Assembly: GCA_965644315.1 (NCBI GenBank)
Contig: CBFFRQ010000030.1
Span: 558,001 to 622,000 of the forward strand
DNA: 64,000 nt
Reading direction: 5' to 3'
DNA from: Caecitellus pseudoparvulus
Taxonomy: Eukaryota > Protista > Bigyra: Bicosoecida
The translations under genes and the position numbers were made by a program. The notes beneath the pieces are model-generated. The model saw only the letters and a program-made list of their open reading frames with translations, made no database searches and was not told the origin of the DNA. Positions 1-11,888 of the stretch are shown here, in pieces (position 1 is the first letter of the stretch; each line of letters opens with the position of its first letter).

Positions 1-1322
1 GCCAGCTCGCAGGGCTGGGGCGGCATCGGGCCCGCCCGCCACTGCCCAAGTGTCAGCCCAGCCGGTGGGCATGGTGGCGTGCCCGGCGCCCGTGCTGGCC
101 GCTTGGCTGTCTGCACTGACGCCCGCCATGGAAGAGGGCGAGGCAGAGGGCAGGCCGTGCGTTTCAGCGTACCGTAACGCTTCCTCGGCATGGCGCAGGG
201 CCCAGTCGCCCACCTCCCGCCACGAGGGCAGAGGGGGCAGGGCGCTGGGGGGAGGTGCCTCTGGCACTCGAGTGCTCACCCGGTCCAGCCACCGCAGCAT
301 GAGGTGTGTGGGGGTGGTGGCGTCGTCGTCGCCGCCACGCCACACGCCCCACGGCACAGCCTGCACCGCTGCGAGGGGGGGTGCCTGCGAACTGCGTGTC
401 CCCGGCAGGGCTGACTCCTGCAGACTCAGGCTGTGGGCCACTCGCAGCAGGGCGCCATGCGTCGCCTGCAGTGCCGAGTGGGGGCGGCACAGTGCGAAGG
501 GGGCTGGCACGCTGGCCTCTCCCAACACACTGCCTCGCAGGCCACGCGCGACACTGTGCAGGCGGTGCGTCAACATCACGCACAGCGCCGAGGTGATGGT
601 GGGCAGGTGCAGGCGCAGGTGTGGCGCTGTGAGCACTGGCGGCACATTGGCCGCCGGGGGCGCCAAGCGACGGTTCAGCGCCGCACTGCCCACCACGTGC
701 AGCAGCACGGCAGTATGGTCGTGTACCCCCCGCTCCCGCACCAGGTGCTGAGGCAGGGAGAAGGGCACGTGCGCCCTGAAGCCACGCGCACCCACCAACC
801 AGTCCAGCAGGGTCACGCGCTTGCCCCCTGAGGCCTTGCGTGCCAGGCTAAAGATGAGCGTGCCCACAGCTGAGTGGGCTGGGCGCAGCAGCTCGGCTTG
901 CAGGGCCGGGTCCTGGGACACGACGGACGCCACACGCTCGCCCTCGCCGTCTGCGTCCAGGGCCCGGTCCAGCGCCGCCATGAGCCGCATGAGCAGGTGT
1001 TCCCGTGCCTCGGCATCGCTGCCGTGGGAGGCGGCACTCCAGGCGCTGGCCAGTCCCATGACGGCACGTAGCTTGCTGCCGATGCCGGAGTAGCCGTCAC
1101 GCACTGAGATGGCGACCTCCCGCTGCCGGCCCTTGGCCTCACGCATGAGCTTGGGGATGGTCCGCTTGGCGTCTGCTTCCAGCACCAGCTCCTCTGGCAC
1201 GGCGCTGGTGGTGCGGGCAGCGCTGCCTCGGCTCAGAACTGCGCAGGGACGAAACGGCGTGCACAACCTGCGCCAGTGCCCTGGGCACAAGAAACGTAAC
1301 GCACTCTGAGCCACAGCTTCAT
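1..1322 (-). CDS. Hypothetical protein, 3' end beyond the window edge
   Basis: A minus-strand frame is open from about 1240 to position 1 (LSRGSAARTTSAVPEELVLEADAKRTIPKLMRE...), so it has no stop and is absent from the ORF track. A possible short first exon starts at ATG 1322, but the splice phase is unresolved. No recognisable domain. Confidence 0.5.
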
Positions 1323-1858
1323 GGTGTGTGGAAACGGGGGCCTGCAGAGCCGCTGCCCAGGACTCCATGCCCGGCACCCTGCGGAAATTGCCTGCCTGTC
1401 CACAAGGCTTCACCTGCTCCGCCCCCCTGCGCCTACCAGCACACGCCCCAGCATACAGGGTGGTTCCATCCAGGCCTGCAGGTAGTCCCTCTTGCATGTC
1501 CGGATTTTTTCATTGCGCCCGACTGCAGTGGAAAATCAGCAGCCAGCCTGGCCACTGGCTCACTCACGGCAGACAGCCCCAATCGCCAGCCAGACGGTGC
1601 AGGGCCGAGCGAAAGTCGTCGCCGCCACAATGCCACCGCGCACAAATCCTCGCACCCCCCATCGCCATGCGTGCGGCAGCCACCTGTCCGTGTGCCAGCT
1701 GCCCACCACGAGTGCCGGAGGCAGCTTTGAAGCCTCGCGCTCTCCAGCTTCGTGACTGGCAGCGAGGCAGCTCTGTGAAAGGCGCAAAGGAGCACGGCTG
1801 GGCTTCACCGGCTGCTGTGCAGCCCAAGCCCTGTCCCCCTCTTCACACTGGCCTCACC

Positions 1859-3254
1859 ATGGCAGACAACAGTGAGGGCCGGAAGCGCCGGCGGGTCAGA
1901 GGGGATGGCGCCGGTGGTGGATTTGGAGGGCAGCCAGCTTCCAGCGCGCCCAAGCGCCGCAAGCGCTTTCTGTGGACAGATGACCTGCATCGCATGTTTG
2001 TTGCTGCGATTTTCGACCACGGCCTGAAGGTGCGCTGCGCGCAGCGCCTGCAACGCGTGGCGGCAGGTGCTGTTCACCCGGCGGGCGTTTCCTTGCGCCG
2101 CTGCAGGCTTGCACTCCAAAGCTCCTGTTTGAGCTCATGGGAGACACGCCAGCCGGCATGACCAGCGACCACATCAAGTCCCACTTGCAGAAGTTCCGGG
2201 CCAACAGCAAAATCAGCCGGGAGGAGTTCCTGGCAGACTATGCACGCGCCTTGCGTGAGGCACAGGCCAAGGCAGACGAGGCAGTGGTGAGGGTGCCACC
2301 TAGCCGACGTCGGGCACGCAGCATGTGCCGCACCGCCCGCACTGCCTGCCCCGCACACAGACAAATGGCCGCCCCGCCTTCCCGCCTGGCTTCAGCACTT
2401 ACCCCTTGGCCATGCGCCCAGAGCAGCAGGCACGGCCGCCGCCCTCCTCCACGCCCGGCCCCGCCCCAGCCCAATCTTGGTTCGTGGCGACACAGGCGGA
2501 TGAGCACCTGCAGCAGTCTGGCCCAGGGCTTCCTGCCCCTCCCCACCACCTGCCCGCCTCGGCAGCCCAGGGGGTCCCACCAGGCCCCCCACCTCCACCT
2601 GTGGGGTACGCGCACCACCCACACCAGGCCTCCCTGCCGCGGCAGGCCGCAGCCCCCACCGTCGCCACGACCTCTGCCTTGACTCGGTCAGCGGTACATA
2701 CGGGCGCACCTGCCAGTGGTGTGGACAGCGAGCTTGCCTCTCTGCTGGAGCCTCTGCACGCCCGGGCAGCGGCATCCGCAGGGGCACTGGCAGGCGCACC
2801 CAACCTGGCCCCCGCACACCGACACACCACGCAGACTGCTGCCGTGCCAGCCGGTGTCCTGCACGCTGTGCACCAGATGCGTAGCCACATGGAGATGCAC
2901 CGTGCCATGGCCGCCGCCTCCACGGTGCACATCGGCAAGTACAGCGGCGCGGCGCCGCCAGACTCCCTGCCTCGGTCCACTCTGGGCTTGTCGCCCATCC
3001 CCGACTCGCTGCGTGATGGGGACTCCCCTGTGGGCTCCGCGGGGGGGGGGTCTGGCCAAGGCATCCCTGGCATGCAGGGCATGCTGGGCCGCCAGGCGGC
3101 GGGGGACTCCGTCTCTGAGCTGGGCTCCCTGGGGTCTCTGGAGGCGTCAGAGGGGCCCATGACCCTCATGGACCACCAGGCCTCCAAGCAAACCAAGCCC
3201 TCTGCGGCCCTCGCCAACCTGGACCCCTTCGCATTCCTGCCTGGCACGGGGTGA
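1859..3254 (+). CDS. GARP/G2-like MYB-related transcription factor (3 exons)
   Basis: Spliced product reads KRFLWTDDLHRMFVAAIFDHGLK|ACTPKLLFELMG...DHIKSHLQKFR, the GARP B-motif (SHLQK[Y/F]). Introns at about 2030-2106 and 2287-2360; Pro/Gln/Ala-rich tail. Confidence 0.85.
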
Positions 3255-3414
3255 CGGGCGCTGCGCCTGGTGCATATACATCCGTGCTCGTGCCGCCAGC
3301 TTCCGTGCACAATCGCACGTGCACACTAATTTACACCACCACAGTTCCCACTCCCCGCCGCTCCCTCCAGCCCTGCCAAGCGTCCCTCCCCTGCCGCATC
3401 TCCACACCATCAAC

Positions 3415-4129
3415 ATGGCTCTCAGCATGCTGGCACGCTCCTCTCGTGCAGTGACCTCTGTCGCTGCTGTCCGCTCCGTTGCGCCTGCTCTGACGTCTGT
3501 CTGCCACATGAGCACCCTCGCCGACCGCGAGCGGGCCATGGAGGTGCGTGCTGCCCCCGCCAGCACTGCTGCTGGTGCAGGCGTGCATGCTGCCGCCCAC
3601 GCCCAGCTGAGACCAGCCAGCGCTGACCTGCGCTCGATCCAAGCACGTTCGAGAGTACGAAGCGAACAGCTTTGCACTTCTCCTGCCCTTCCCGCTGCGC
3701 AGAAGGCGTACTTCAACAAGGAGGAGGAGGTAGGCTCGCCGCCAGGGCGTGGTGGTGCAGAAACGCTGTGGCGCACACCTTCCACCTGCCACCCCCTCAC
3801 GCAGAAGCTCCTGCGAAGCCTGCTGAAGAAGGTCAAGTCCCAGGCAGACCACGTGGGTAGCCCTTGCTGCATTGGGCGTGTTGGAAGGGTCGCACCTGTT
3901 CTCTTCGCGCCATGCAGGCGGACACCTCCGAGGCTGCCAAGGAGACCGCCGAGACGGAGGTCAGCGCCCTGGAGGCCATTGTCGGCAAGTACAACATGTC
4001 CGAGGGCGATAAGAAGGGTGCGTGCAGCGTTGTGCAGCTTGCACTCCCCCCTGCCTCCACCCTGCACTTGCACGCGGCTCCGCTGGCCTTGCAGCGCTCA
4101 TCGTCTGGCGCCACCGCCACGAGTTCTAG
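3415..4129 (+). CDS. Mitochondrial ATP synthase inhibitor IF1-like protein (5 exons)
   Basis: Presequence-like MALSMLARSSRAV..., then LADRERAME|KAYFNKEEE|KLLRSLLKKVKSQADH|ADTSEAAKE...DKK|ALIVWRHRHEF*. RExAxExxYF is the IATP core. All four introns are GT-AG and keep the frame. Confidence 0.75.
3568..3671 (+). ncRNA. Candidate intronic box H/ACA snoRNA in IF1 intron 1
   Basis: The 159-nt intron (3544-3702) contains hairpin 1 (GCTG..GGCGTG/CACGCC.CAGC), an H box AGACCA (3610-3615), hairpin 2 (CGCT..CTCGA/TCGAG..AGCG) and ACA at 3666-3668. Confidence 0.4.
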
Positions 4130-4150
4130 GCGGCTCTTTGCAATGCATGC

Positions 4151-7100
4151 TCAGGCCTTAGCACCTGCTTCCATGGCAGCAGTGAGCCGCTCCAGGGCCT
4201 CGTGAATACCTTGCAGTTCGCGCTGCAGCGCCGCTGGGTCAGGCTGGGCCGCCTGGCGCTGCTGCGCGACGGTGCCCAGCACGCCAGGCTTCAGTCCCAT
4301 GCTGGCGGCCATGACCGCTTGGAGAGATGACTTGCGGCGCATCTCATCCGCCGCGAGCCCCACCACCCGCTTGGTGGTGGAGATGGAGGACGTGGGGACG
4401 CGCTCGTGGGCAGAGTGTTCGTCCACGATGCCTGACGGGCCGAAGCCTTTCACAACGGTGTCCTGGGGTGCGAACTGGCTCAGCACGTACACACCATCAT
4501 GCGCGCCCACTACCGCTTTCGGGTTGGGGTTCGTCAGCACGTAGGGCAGCAGGTTGCCGCCTGGCACAGGGGAGGCTTGGGAGGCGCCTGGCCTTCCGTG
4601 CACGTCGTCCTCCACTGTGACGATGCCTGCCCGGCGCAGGCCCAGACACAGCATGCCCTGCTGGCGCAGAAGGGTCTTGAACATGCTCGCATACGACGAG
4701 CCCACGAAGCGCTGTGGAGCGCGGATCAAGTGCAGGTGGGACTCGACGACGTCCCCCACCACGTCCTGCATGCGGGACCGCCAAATCTGCGCCTTGAGCG
4801 GGTTGGTGCCAGCCGCCAGGGCCTCAAAGATGTTCACGATGTGCGGATTGAAGTACGCCTGGCACAGCGTGATGTCCAGGATGGCGTCCGTGTACACGTG
4901 CCCAGCAGCGAACGCCGCCGATCGCATGGCGCTGCCAGAGGCGTTCATGTTGGCCAGGAACGACATGCTGGACTCCTCGACGAGCTCGCACGAGACGTTC
5001 ACGCGGGGGTTCAGCGACCGAGCCAGACGGTAGATGCAGATGCTCTCCGCGTCCACCAGCGCGTCGCCGCGGGCCGCCACCTCGGTCAGGGCAGGCCGCT
5101 GCTCGGCGAAGATGACGATGGAGCTGGCGAGCGTCAAGCCAGCTCGTTGGAGGTCTCCCCCGTCCAGAGGAGAGCCGATGATGAAGAACAGGTCCGCCAC
5201 TTCGGCGAGCGCTGTCATGGTCTCGTGCGACGGCGGGCTGTGGTGCAGCACGACGATGGGCAGGTGTTGGGGGATGTGCGGGGCTCGCAGCGGGGCTGCG
5301 AACTGGAACAGCCTCCCTGGGTTCGTGCAACCGCTGCCGCACACGACAATGTGGTCGGTTATGTGGGCCTGCAGACTGCTGTCTGAGGTGGAGAGGATGA
5401 TGGGATCTTGGTGCGGCGAGGAGCCAGAGCCGCGCACGCCGGTCACTGGTGTGGTTGGGGGCGTGTACAGGTCTGGAGCGAAGGAGGCAAGCCCCCCCAG
5501 TGTGCGGTCAGAGCTGGCGATGCTCTCTGCGCTTAGGTGCAGCGAGCGCCGGGACGACTGCCAGTCCTTGCTCCCCGTGCCTGACATGGACAACAGGGAG
5601 TCCGACCGCAGCTTGGCCAACAACGCGCGTGCTCCGTTCCCTCCGCGCGTCCCAAACGTCGACATGACGTCAGCCTCACGCTTGTCCTCAGCAATGACAA
5701 ATGCGTGCAGGTTGAAGGCCTTTGCCTGGGGAATGAGCAAGTCAGAGGGGTTCAGGGCCACCCGAGCATGCGGCTCTCCGGGCGGCGTCAGCTCCAGAGC
5801 GAACAGCACCACACCAGCTTCCTCATACACGGCATGCGCCGCCTCACGAAAGGAGATGCCCTGGAACTGCGGACTCAGCGCCACTCGGTAGATCTCGTAG
5901 CTGCAGCCTTCGTCGTACTCACTCTGCCAGGGGTTGGTGGAGGAGCTCCCGGACGCATCTGGGTCGTCGGAAGCCACGAGGTTGTACAGCATGGTAACGA
6001 GCCCTGGGCAGACACAGGACTTGGACATCAAGTTCATCTTCAGCTCTTCCACACACACCACCAAGTTTCGGGTCGCAGCATCCCGGGTGTCCTCCTTCGA
6101 GCCGCCGTCCAGGGACTTGGAGCCGTTCCTGCTCCGGCGCGCAGAGGCAGCGGCTGCCCGGCCAAACGCTTCGGCGGTGCTGAAGAACAGGGGCTTGTTC
6201 TCTGGTCGCAGCAACTGCACGCATGTGATGAGGTCTGCCCCTGAGCGCTCGAATGCGAAGCGCTTCAAGCTCAGGGCGCGCAAGATGACGCTGGCGTCCT
6301 CAGCGTTGGCGTCGCTGCAGCGCTTGTTCGCCATGATGAACACCGCCTTGGCACTGTCCGCACAGGCCCGCTTAAGATGCCGCACCTCCATGACGCTGCC
6401 ATCCAGGTACGTGATGCCCAGCGCGTACTTTGGGTGGCTCAGAAGGCCCTGCAGCTGGGGCGACGGGAGGCCCTGGGCCAGCACCACGGCGCTGCGCTCG
6501 ATGTTGCCGTGGTCGTCGTTGAAGAGCTCCCGGAAGAACGGCAGCAAGTTCCCACCTTCACGACTTGCCAGGGTGAGCTGCCCTGGCCTCGTGGAGCCGA
6601 TGCTGCCGCAGATGATGATGTGGGAACCAGCCGACGAAGACTGGAAGCGCTGCCGGACGTACACACTCTGCGTGGACAGCAGTGCGATGAGCTCGTTCGT
6701 CTGCTTCGGAATGAGGAGGAATGCCCCCCCAATCATGGCCATGATGGTCAGTTTCCCAAGCCCTGTGATGGGCGCGATGTCACCGTACCCCACCGTCGTG
6801 ATGGTCGTGATGACAAAGTAGTACGCGTTGTGGAACAGCAGGCCGTGCTCATGCGACAAGGGCAACTCTTCAGGCTGCAGCTCGGGCAGGTTCTCGCACA
6901 GCTCGATGACGGCTGTCGTCACGAAAGTGATGGAGAGGATTGTGAAGCCAATGCTGTGAAGCGGGGAGGGGGGCTTGCGTGGTGACTTGCGCCGAGCGGC
7001 GCCCTTGCGACGGTGTCCGCCGCACCTGAACAGCTGCGCCTCGATTTCGTTCTGGATGTACTTCATCACGATGAAGACGTTGACAATGCGCAGGACTCGC

Positions 7101-7667
7101 AGCAGACGCATGACTTTGATCGGCAACGACACCTCCGTGCCCAGGCCCACGGTAAACACCGGCAGGATGCTGACCAGCTCCACCCACGTGGTCCACCGCA
7201 ACATGTGCGCAGCTTTCTTCTTTGCCGTGAGGAAGTTCAGCACGAAGAACCCGCAGAAAGTCAAAGATATGAGAGCGTCAGCGACGATGAACCAGGGCGG
7301 CCTCTGCACCATGTACGTGTCCAGGGCGTGCATGAGGCAGGAGAGCACGGAGAAGGAGATGTTCACAGCGTCCAGCAGCCGGCCGAGCATGGACGTGGCC
7401 AAGACATAGTTCAAACGTGCCGCCAGCGACCGCTCCTCCCCTGCATCGTCGTGGTCGTCGCCTTGGCTCTGGGCTTGCTGCGAGGCAGCTGTCGTGCATC
7501 AAAGGCAGTGTGTGTGACAGAGAGCGTTTCCGCGTGCCGGCAACAGTGCGCCGCTCACCCTGCTCGTCCTCAGCAGTTCGCAGCCGGCGCGTGGAGGCCT
7601 GTGCGTACAGCCGCATTCGGCTTGACGATGACTCTAGTCCGCCTAGAGCCTCCCTCAGGCTCGCCAT
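4151..7667 (-). CDS. Slo/BK-family potassium channel with tandem RCK domains
   Basis: S4 segment RLLRVLRIV, pore TTVGYGD, RCK motifs HIIICG and HIVVCG, and EELKMNLMSKSCVCPG. First exon starts MASLREALG at 7667. One in-frame intron (about 6954-7025) is read through in the ORF track. Confidence 0.92.
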
Positions 7668-8183
7668 CCTTGACTTGACAGGGAGCGGCTTGGTGCTGCA
7701 CAGTGACTTGCAATTTGCCGCCCACGCAGCCGGCCCATTCCCTGCGCACAGCAGCAAGAAAGCCACCGATTAGCGCGCAGCTGATGTTCCTGTGTGATGT
7801 CCTACGCTGCCTTATTGCCTCTGGCGTTGCACTTTGTCCCCTGCAGTGAGTCGTGCTGCCCGTGAGGGAGCAGGCATCTGGGGGGGGGGCGTGTGTGGCG
7901 CGGCGCTTGCCGGGTGAACCATTGCTGCACTGGGACACAAAAGCACTTGGCTGCAAGTGCTTCGTCTTAAGCGGATGCTTGCATACACTCTCCCTGCGAC
8001 GCGTGCCTTGCTAGGGAAAAGAGAGCGGCTGGAGCCAGAGGGTCTTTGTGCACTGCACTTGCTCGGGCCTCGTCCACGGTGGGCGACGAGGGGGCCTAGC
8101 TGGGCGCTTCGGGCGAGCGGAGTCGTTTTCAGCGGCAAACGTGACACGCTCTCCTTGCAAGGCAGGTTCTCGTCCCGCTCGGC

Positions 8184-10210
8184 ATGTCAGGCAGAGGTGC
8201 GTGGGCGTGCGGCGCTCTGGAAACGCAGCAGTGCACCATTCACCCAGCAAGGACACCACGCGTCTGATGCAGGTACACCGAGAGGACCACCGAGGGGGCC
8301 ACCAGGTGCCCCCCGAGGAGCAGCAGGTGCGTTGCGCGGCCTACGAGGGCCCTATTCTGACTACCCCACGAGCGCTAGCGTTTCACTGCCTGAAGAAACG
8401 CCGGCTCCGCTGCTTCACAGGGCGTGGTGGCCCGCCGAGAGGCCCACCAATGGGCAGGGGGCGAGGGCTCCCAGGAAGTCCCACACCGGGCGCAGCTGGC
8501 CGAGGCCGAGGGGGTCCTCCGGCAGGCAGAGGTCGGGGGCGCGGACGGGGAGCTGCCTCGCCTTCCCCTGGCGCAGGGGGGCGAGGGCGAGGCCGGGGGC
8601 GCGGGCGGGGAAGGGGCGCTCCCGTCGGAGCGCCGCCCCGAGGCCCACCTCCAACGCAAGGTGCAGGGCGAGGTGCACCTCGTGGTCTGGCTGGGCGGAG
8701 CCTGGTTGGGGGAGCCCCCAGGGGCGCCCCGCCTCGAGGACCGCCGACGGCTGGGTCAGGGCGCGGACGAGGCATGGGGCGAGGTCGGGGGCGGGGCATG
8801 CCGGGAAGGGGCCCTCCACGGGGCCCCCCTCCCAGTGGTCCGCCCATGCGCGGCCCCAGTGCTGCGGGCCCGGGTCGGAAGTTCGGCCGGCTGAAGGTGA
8901 AGATCTTGCAGGCGCATGAGTTGGCAGAGCCGGCGGAAGGCAGCGCGAAGGACCCATTCTGCACGCTGCGCTTGGCTGGCGTGACGCACCGCACCCAAGC
9001 TGCAGTGAACGGGCGGACGGCGCCCATTTTCAATGAGGAGTTCGAGTTTGACATTTCCCGCGCCGAGGCTGACACGGACTTGGTGCTGGAGGTGTACTTC
9101 AAGCAGAGCCAAGGCAGCCACGCGCTGGTGGGGCGCGCCAGCACGGCCTGGAAGCAGTGGATCCACCGCCGCACCTTTGACGGGGAGCTGGAGCTGAAGG
9201 ACGCCACTGGCGGGCCTGCTGGGAAGGTGAAGGTGAAGGCTGCCTTTGACAAGGCCATGCTGGACGACAGCGCCGGGACTGGCGGGGGGGGGGGCGCGGC
9301 AGCGGGCGTGGGCCAGGCGACCCGCGACCCCGCAGGGCAGTTCACGCCCGAGGAGATCAAGGAAGCGTTCATGGCATTCGACTTGGACCGCAACAACTTC
9401 GTGGGCATGGTGGAGCTGAAGCACATCCTGAGCAACATCGGGGAGAACGCCAGCGAAGAGGAGGTGGCGGAGATGATCCGCATGATTGACAAGGACGGCG
9501 ACGGGCAAGTGGCCTTTGAGGAGTTCTACGAGCTCGTCTCGGGCGGCCAGCCCGTGCCTCCTGGGCTGTGGGAGGGGGCGGGGGCGGCCAAGAAGAGCGC
9601 GGCGGGCGCGCCCTCTGCTGCAGGCGGCGCCATGCGGCCGGGGGGCAGCATGCAGGCCAAGGTGAAGGAGCGCGAGGCCAAGTCCCGCATGCTGGACGAC
9701 TTTGCGAAGAAGCACAAGGTCAAGCCGGAGCACATCAAGAAGGCGTTCAAGAAGTTCCAGGAGGGCGATGCGGACAAAAACGGCTTCATTGAGTACGCCG
9801 AGTTCTGCGAGGTGCTGGAGGTGGAGCCCGGCCCCGCTGTGCAGCAGCTCTTCGCGTCCTTCGACCGCGACAAGAGCGGCAAGGTGGACTTGAAGGAGTT
9901 CATGATTGGCCTGTCGTCCTTCACGGCCGCCTCCAAGGACGAGCGCATGCAGTTCGCGTTTGCCATCCTGGACGCCGACAACAGCGGCAGCATCACGCTG
10001 GACGAGCTCATGAAGATGCTCATGGCCAACCACTTTGCCAGCAGCCAGGAGGACGTGCGCCGCAAGGCCATGACCATCATGCAGCAGGCCGACAAGGACG
10101 GCAACGGCGTCATCACCCTGGACGAGTTCAAGCAGGTCACCAAGACGTTCCCCAACCTCGTCTACCCCGCCTTCAACCTGGGCAAGAAAGTGGCCGCAGT
10201 GCTGGCCTGA
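8184..10210 (+). CDS. RG/Pro-rich N-terminus + C2 domain + six EF-hand calcium-binding protein
   Basis: Spliced start MSGR|GTPRGPPRG...|GRGGPPRG (introns 8197-8272 and 8327-8420). C2 domain LKVKILQAHEL...DPFC...PIFNEEFEF. EF loops DLDRNNFV, DKDGDGQV, DADKNGFI, DRDKSGKV, DADNSGSI, DKDGNGVI. Confidence 0.88.
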
Positions 10211-10263
10211 GTGCCCCCCCTGGCCCCGCTGCCGAGTGCCGTGCATTGCAATGCAAGCTGCGT

Positions 10264-11751
10264 TTACTTGGCGTACTGTGGGCGCACCAGCTTCGCGATG
10301 GTCTGCAGCTGGATGTTGCTGGTGCCTTCGTAAATGGCGCCGATGCGGGCGTCGCGGAAGTACTTCTCCACGCCGTACTCCTTGGTGAAGCCCACGCCGC
10401 CCATCCACTCGATGCTCTTGGTGGCGACGTTCTGCGCCACCTGCGACGCGTACAGCTTGGCCATGGCTGCCTCCTTCACGAAGGGCTGCCCCGCCTCCTT
10501 CAGCCGAGCGGCGTTGTACACGAGGGCGCGGGCTGCCTCGATGTCCACTGCCGCCTGCGCGTACTGGTGCTGCATGCCCTGGAAGTCCCCGATGCACGTG
10601 CCGAACTGCTTGCGCTCGAAGAGGTAGGGCATGCAGGTGTCGTAGGCGCCCTGGGCGATGCCCAGCATCTGCGCGGCAATGCCGATGCGCCCCTCGTTCA
10701 GGATCTCAATGGCGATCTTGTAGCCCTTGCCCACCTCCCCGATGACGTTCTCCTTGGGCACCTTGACGTTTTCGAAGGTGATGGGCGTCGTGGAGGAGGC
10801 CCGGATGCCCAGCTTGTCCTCCTTCTTGCCCACCGTGATGCCCTCCATGCCCGCCTCGCACAGGAACGCAGTGATGCCCTTGTACCCCTTGCTGAAGTCG
10901 GTGTTGGCCATGACGATGTACAGGCCCGCCTCGCCGCCGTTGGTGATCCACAGCTTGCTGCCGTTGATGAGCCAGTGGTCGCCCTTGTCCTCTGCCTTGG
11001 TCTTCATGGCGAAGGCGTCCGAGCCAGATGTGGCCTCCGACAGGCAGAAGCACCCCACCGTGTCCGCTGCGAGCTTGGGGAAGACTTTCGCCTGCATCTC
11101 GGGGCTGGCGTAGAATCGGAACACGTTGTTCACCAGCGTGTTCTGGACGTCCGCGCACACGCTGACGGCGGCATCCACCTGCGGCGGCGTTTCGGAGTTT
11201 CGTGCGGAATACGAGGCGCACCACGCGCGGCGAGTCTGGCACTCACCTTTGCAAGCTCCTCAATCATGAGGCATGCAGCGGTGAAGCTGGACCCTGTCCC
11301 TCCGTGCTCCTGTGGGATCTCAATGCCCATGAACTGCGGGGAGCGCGGACGCCGTGCCAAGCTGTGACGCAGCTACGTCATGCTGCCTGCGCCGTCTTCA
11401 CTTCGGCACGCACCCCCTGCTCGAACAGGCCTGTCAGGACTTCGGGGTAGATCTTGGCGTCGCGGTCCATGTCCAGCACCTTGGGTGCGATCTCCTCCTT
11501 CGCGAACTTGGACACTGAGTCGCGGGGCAGCGGGCGGCGCAGCGGGTGAAGTGCACTGCCGTGAGGTGGTGCACGCGAAACTTGGCGCACAGCCGCCCGC
11601 CCCGCCACGCACCTGCCTCGCGGATGGCCACCTCGTCCTCTGTGAACACGTTCAAAGGCGCAGCCGTCCCGGACATGGCGCGGGCAGCCACGTGCGGCAT
11701 GCAGCGCTGCAGGGCGCTGCTGGCGCGTGCCACGGATGCTGCGAGGGCCAT
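10264..11751 (-). CDS. ACADSB: Short/branched-chain acyl-CoA dehydrogenase, mitochondrial
   Basis: Motifs [58 protein letters not shown]. Presequence [12 protein letters not shown]..., with three introns in the 5' part. Confidence 0.9.
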
Positions 11752-11888
11752 GGTGGTGCGTAGGTGTGGCGAGCAGGGGGGGCTGCAGGTCAGCGGCAGG
11801 CGCGCAGAGGGCGGAGGAGGCATATCTTGGTGATTGGAATGTGCTGCGTTTTCCACGTGACACTGTGCATTGCGCCAGCCCCCCCCCC

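Noticed and set aside
3640-3665. GTTCGA resembling a tRNA T-loop
   Set aside because: No cloverleaf or acceptor stem can be formed; it fits better as one arm of the intronic hairpin.
7957-8919. ORF-track starts at 7957/8048, and similarly 41412 and 26260
   Set aside because: These are upstream in-frame extensions from non-ATG codons or read-through of introns. The spliced ATG models fit better.
8756-11367. ORFs 8756-10597(-) and 10246-11367(+)
   Set aside because: Antisense shadows of the C2/EF-hand and acyl-CoA dehydrogenase genes.
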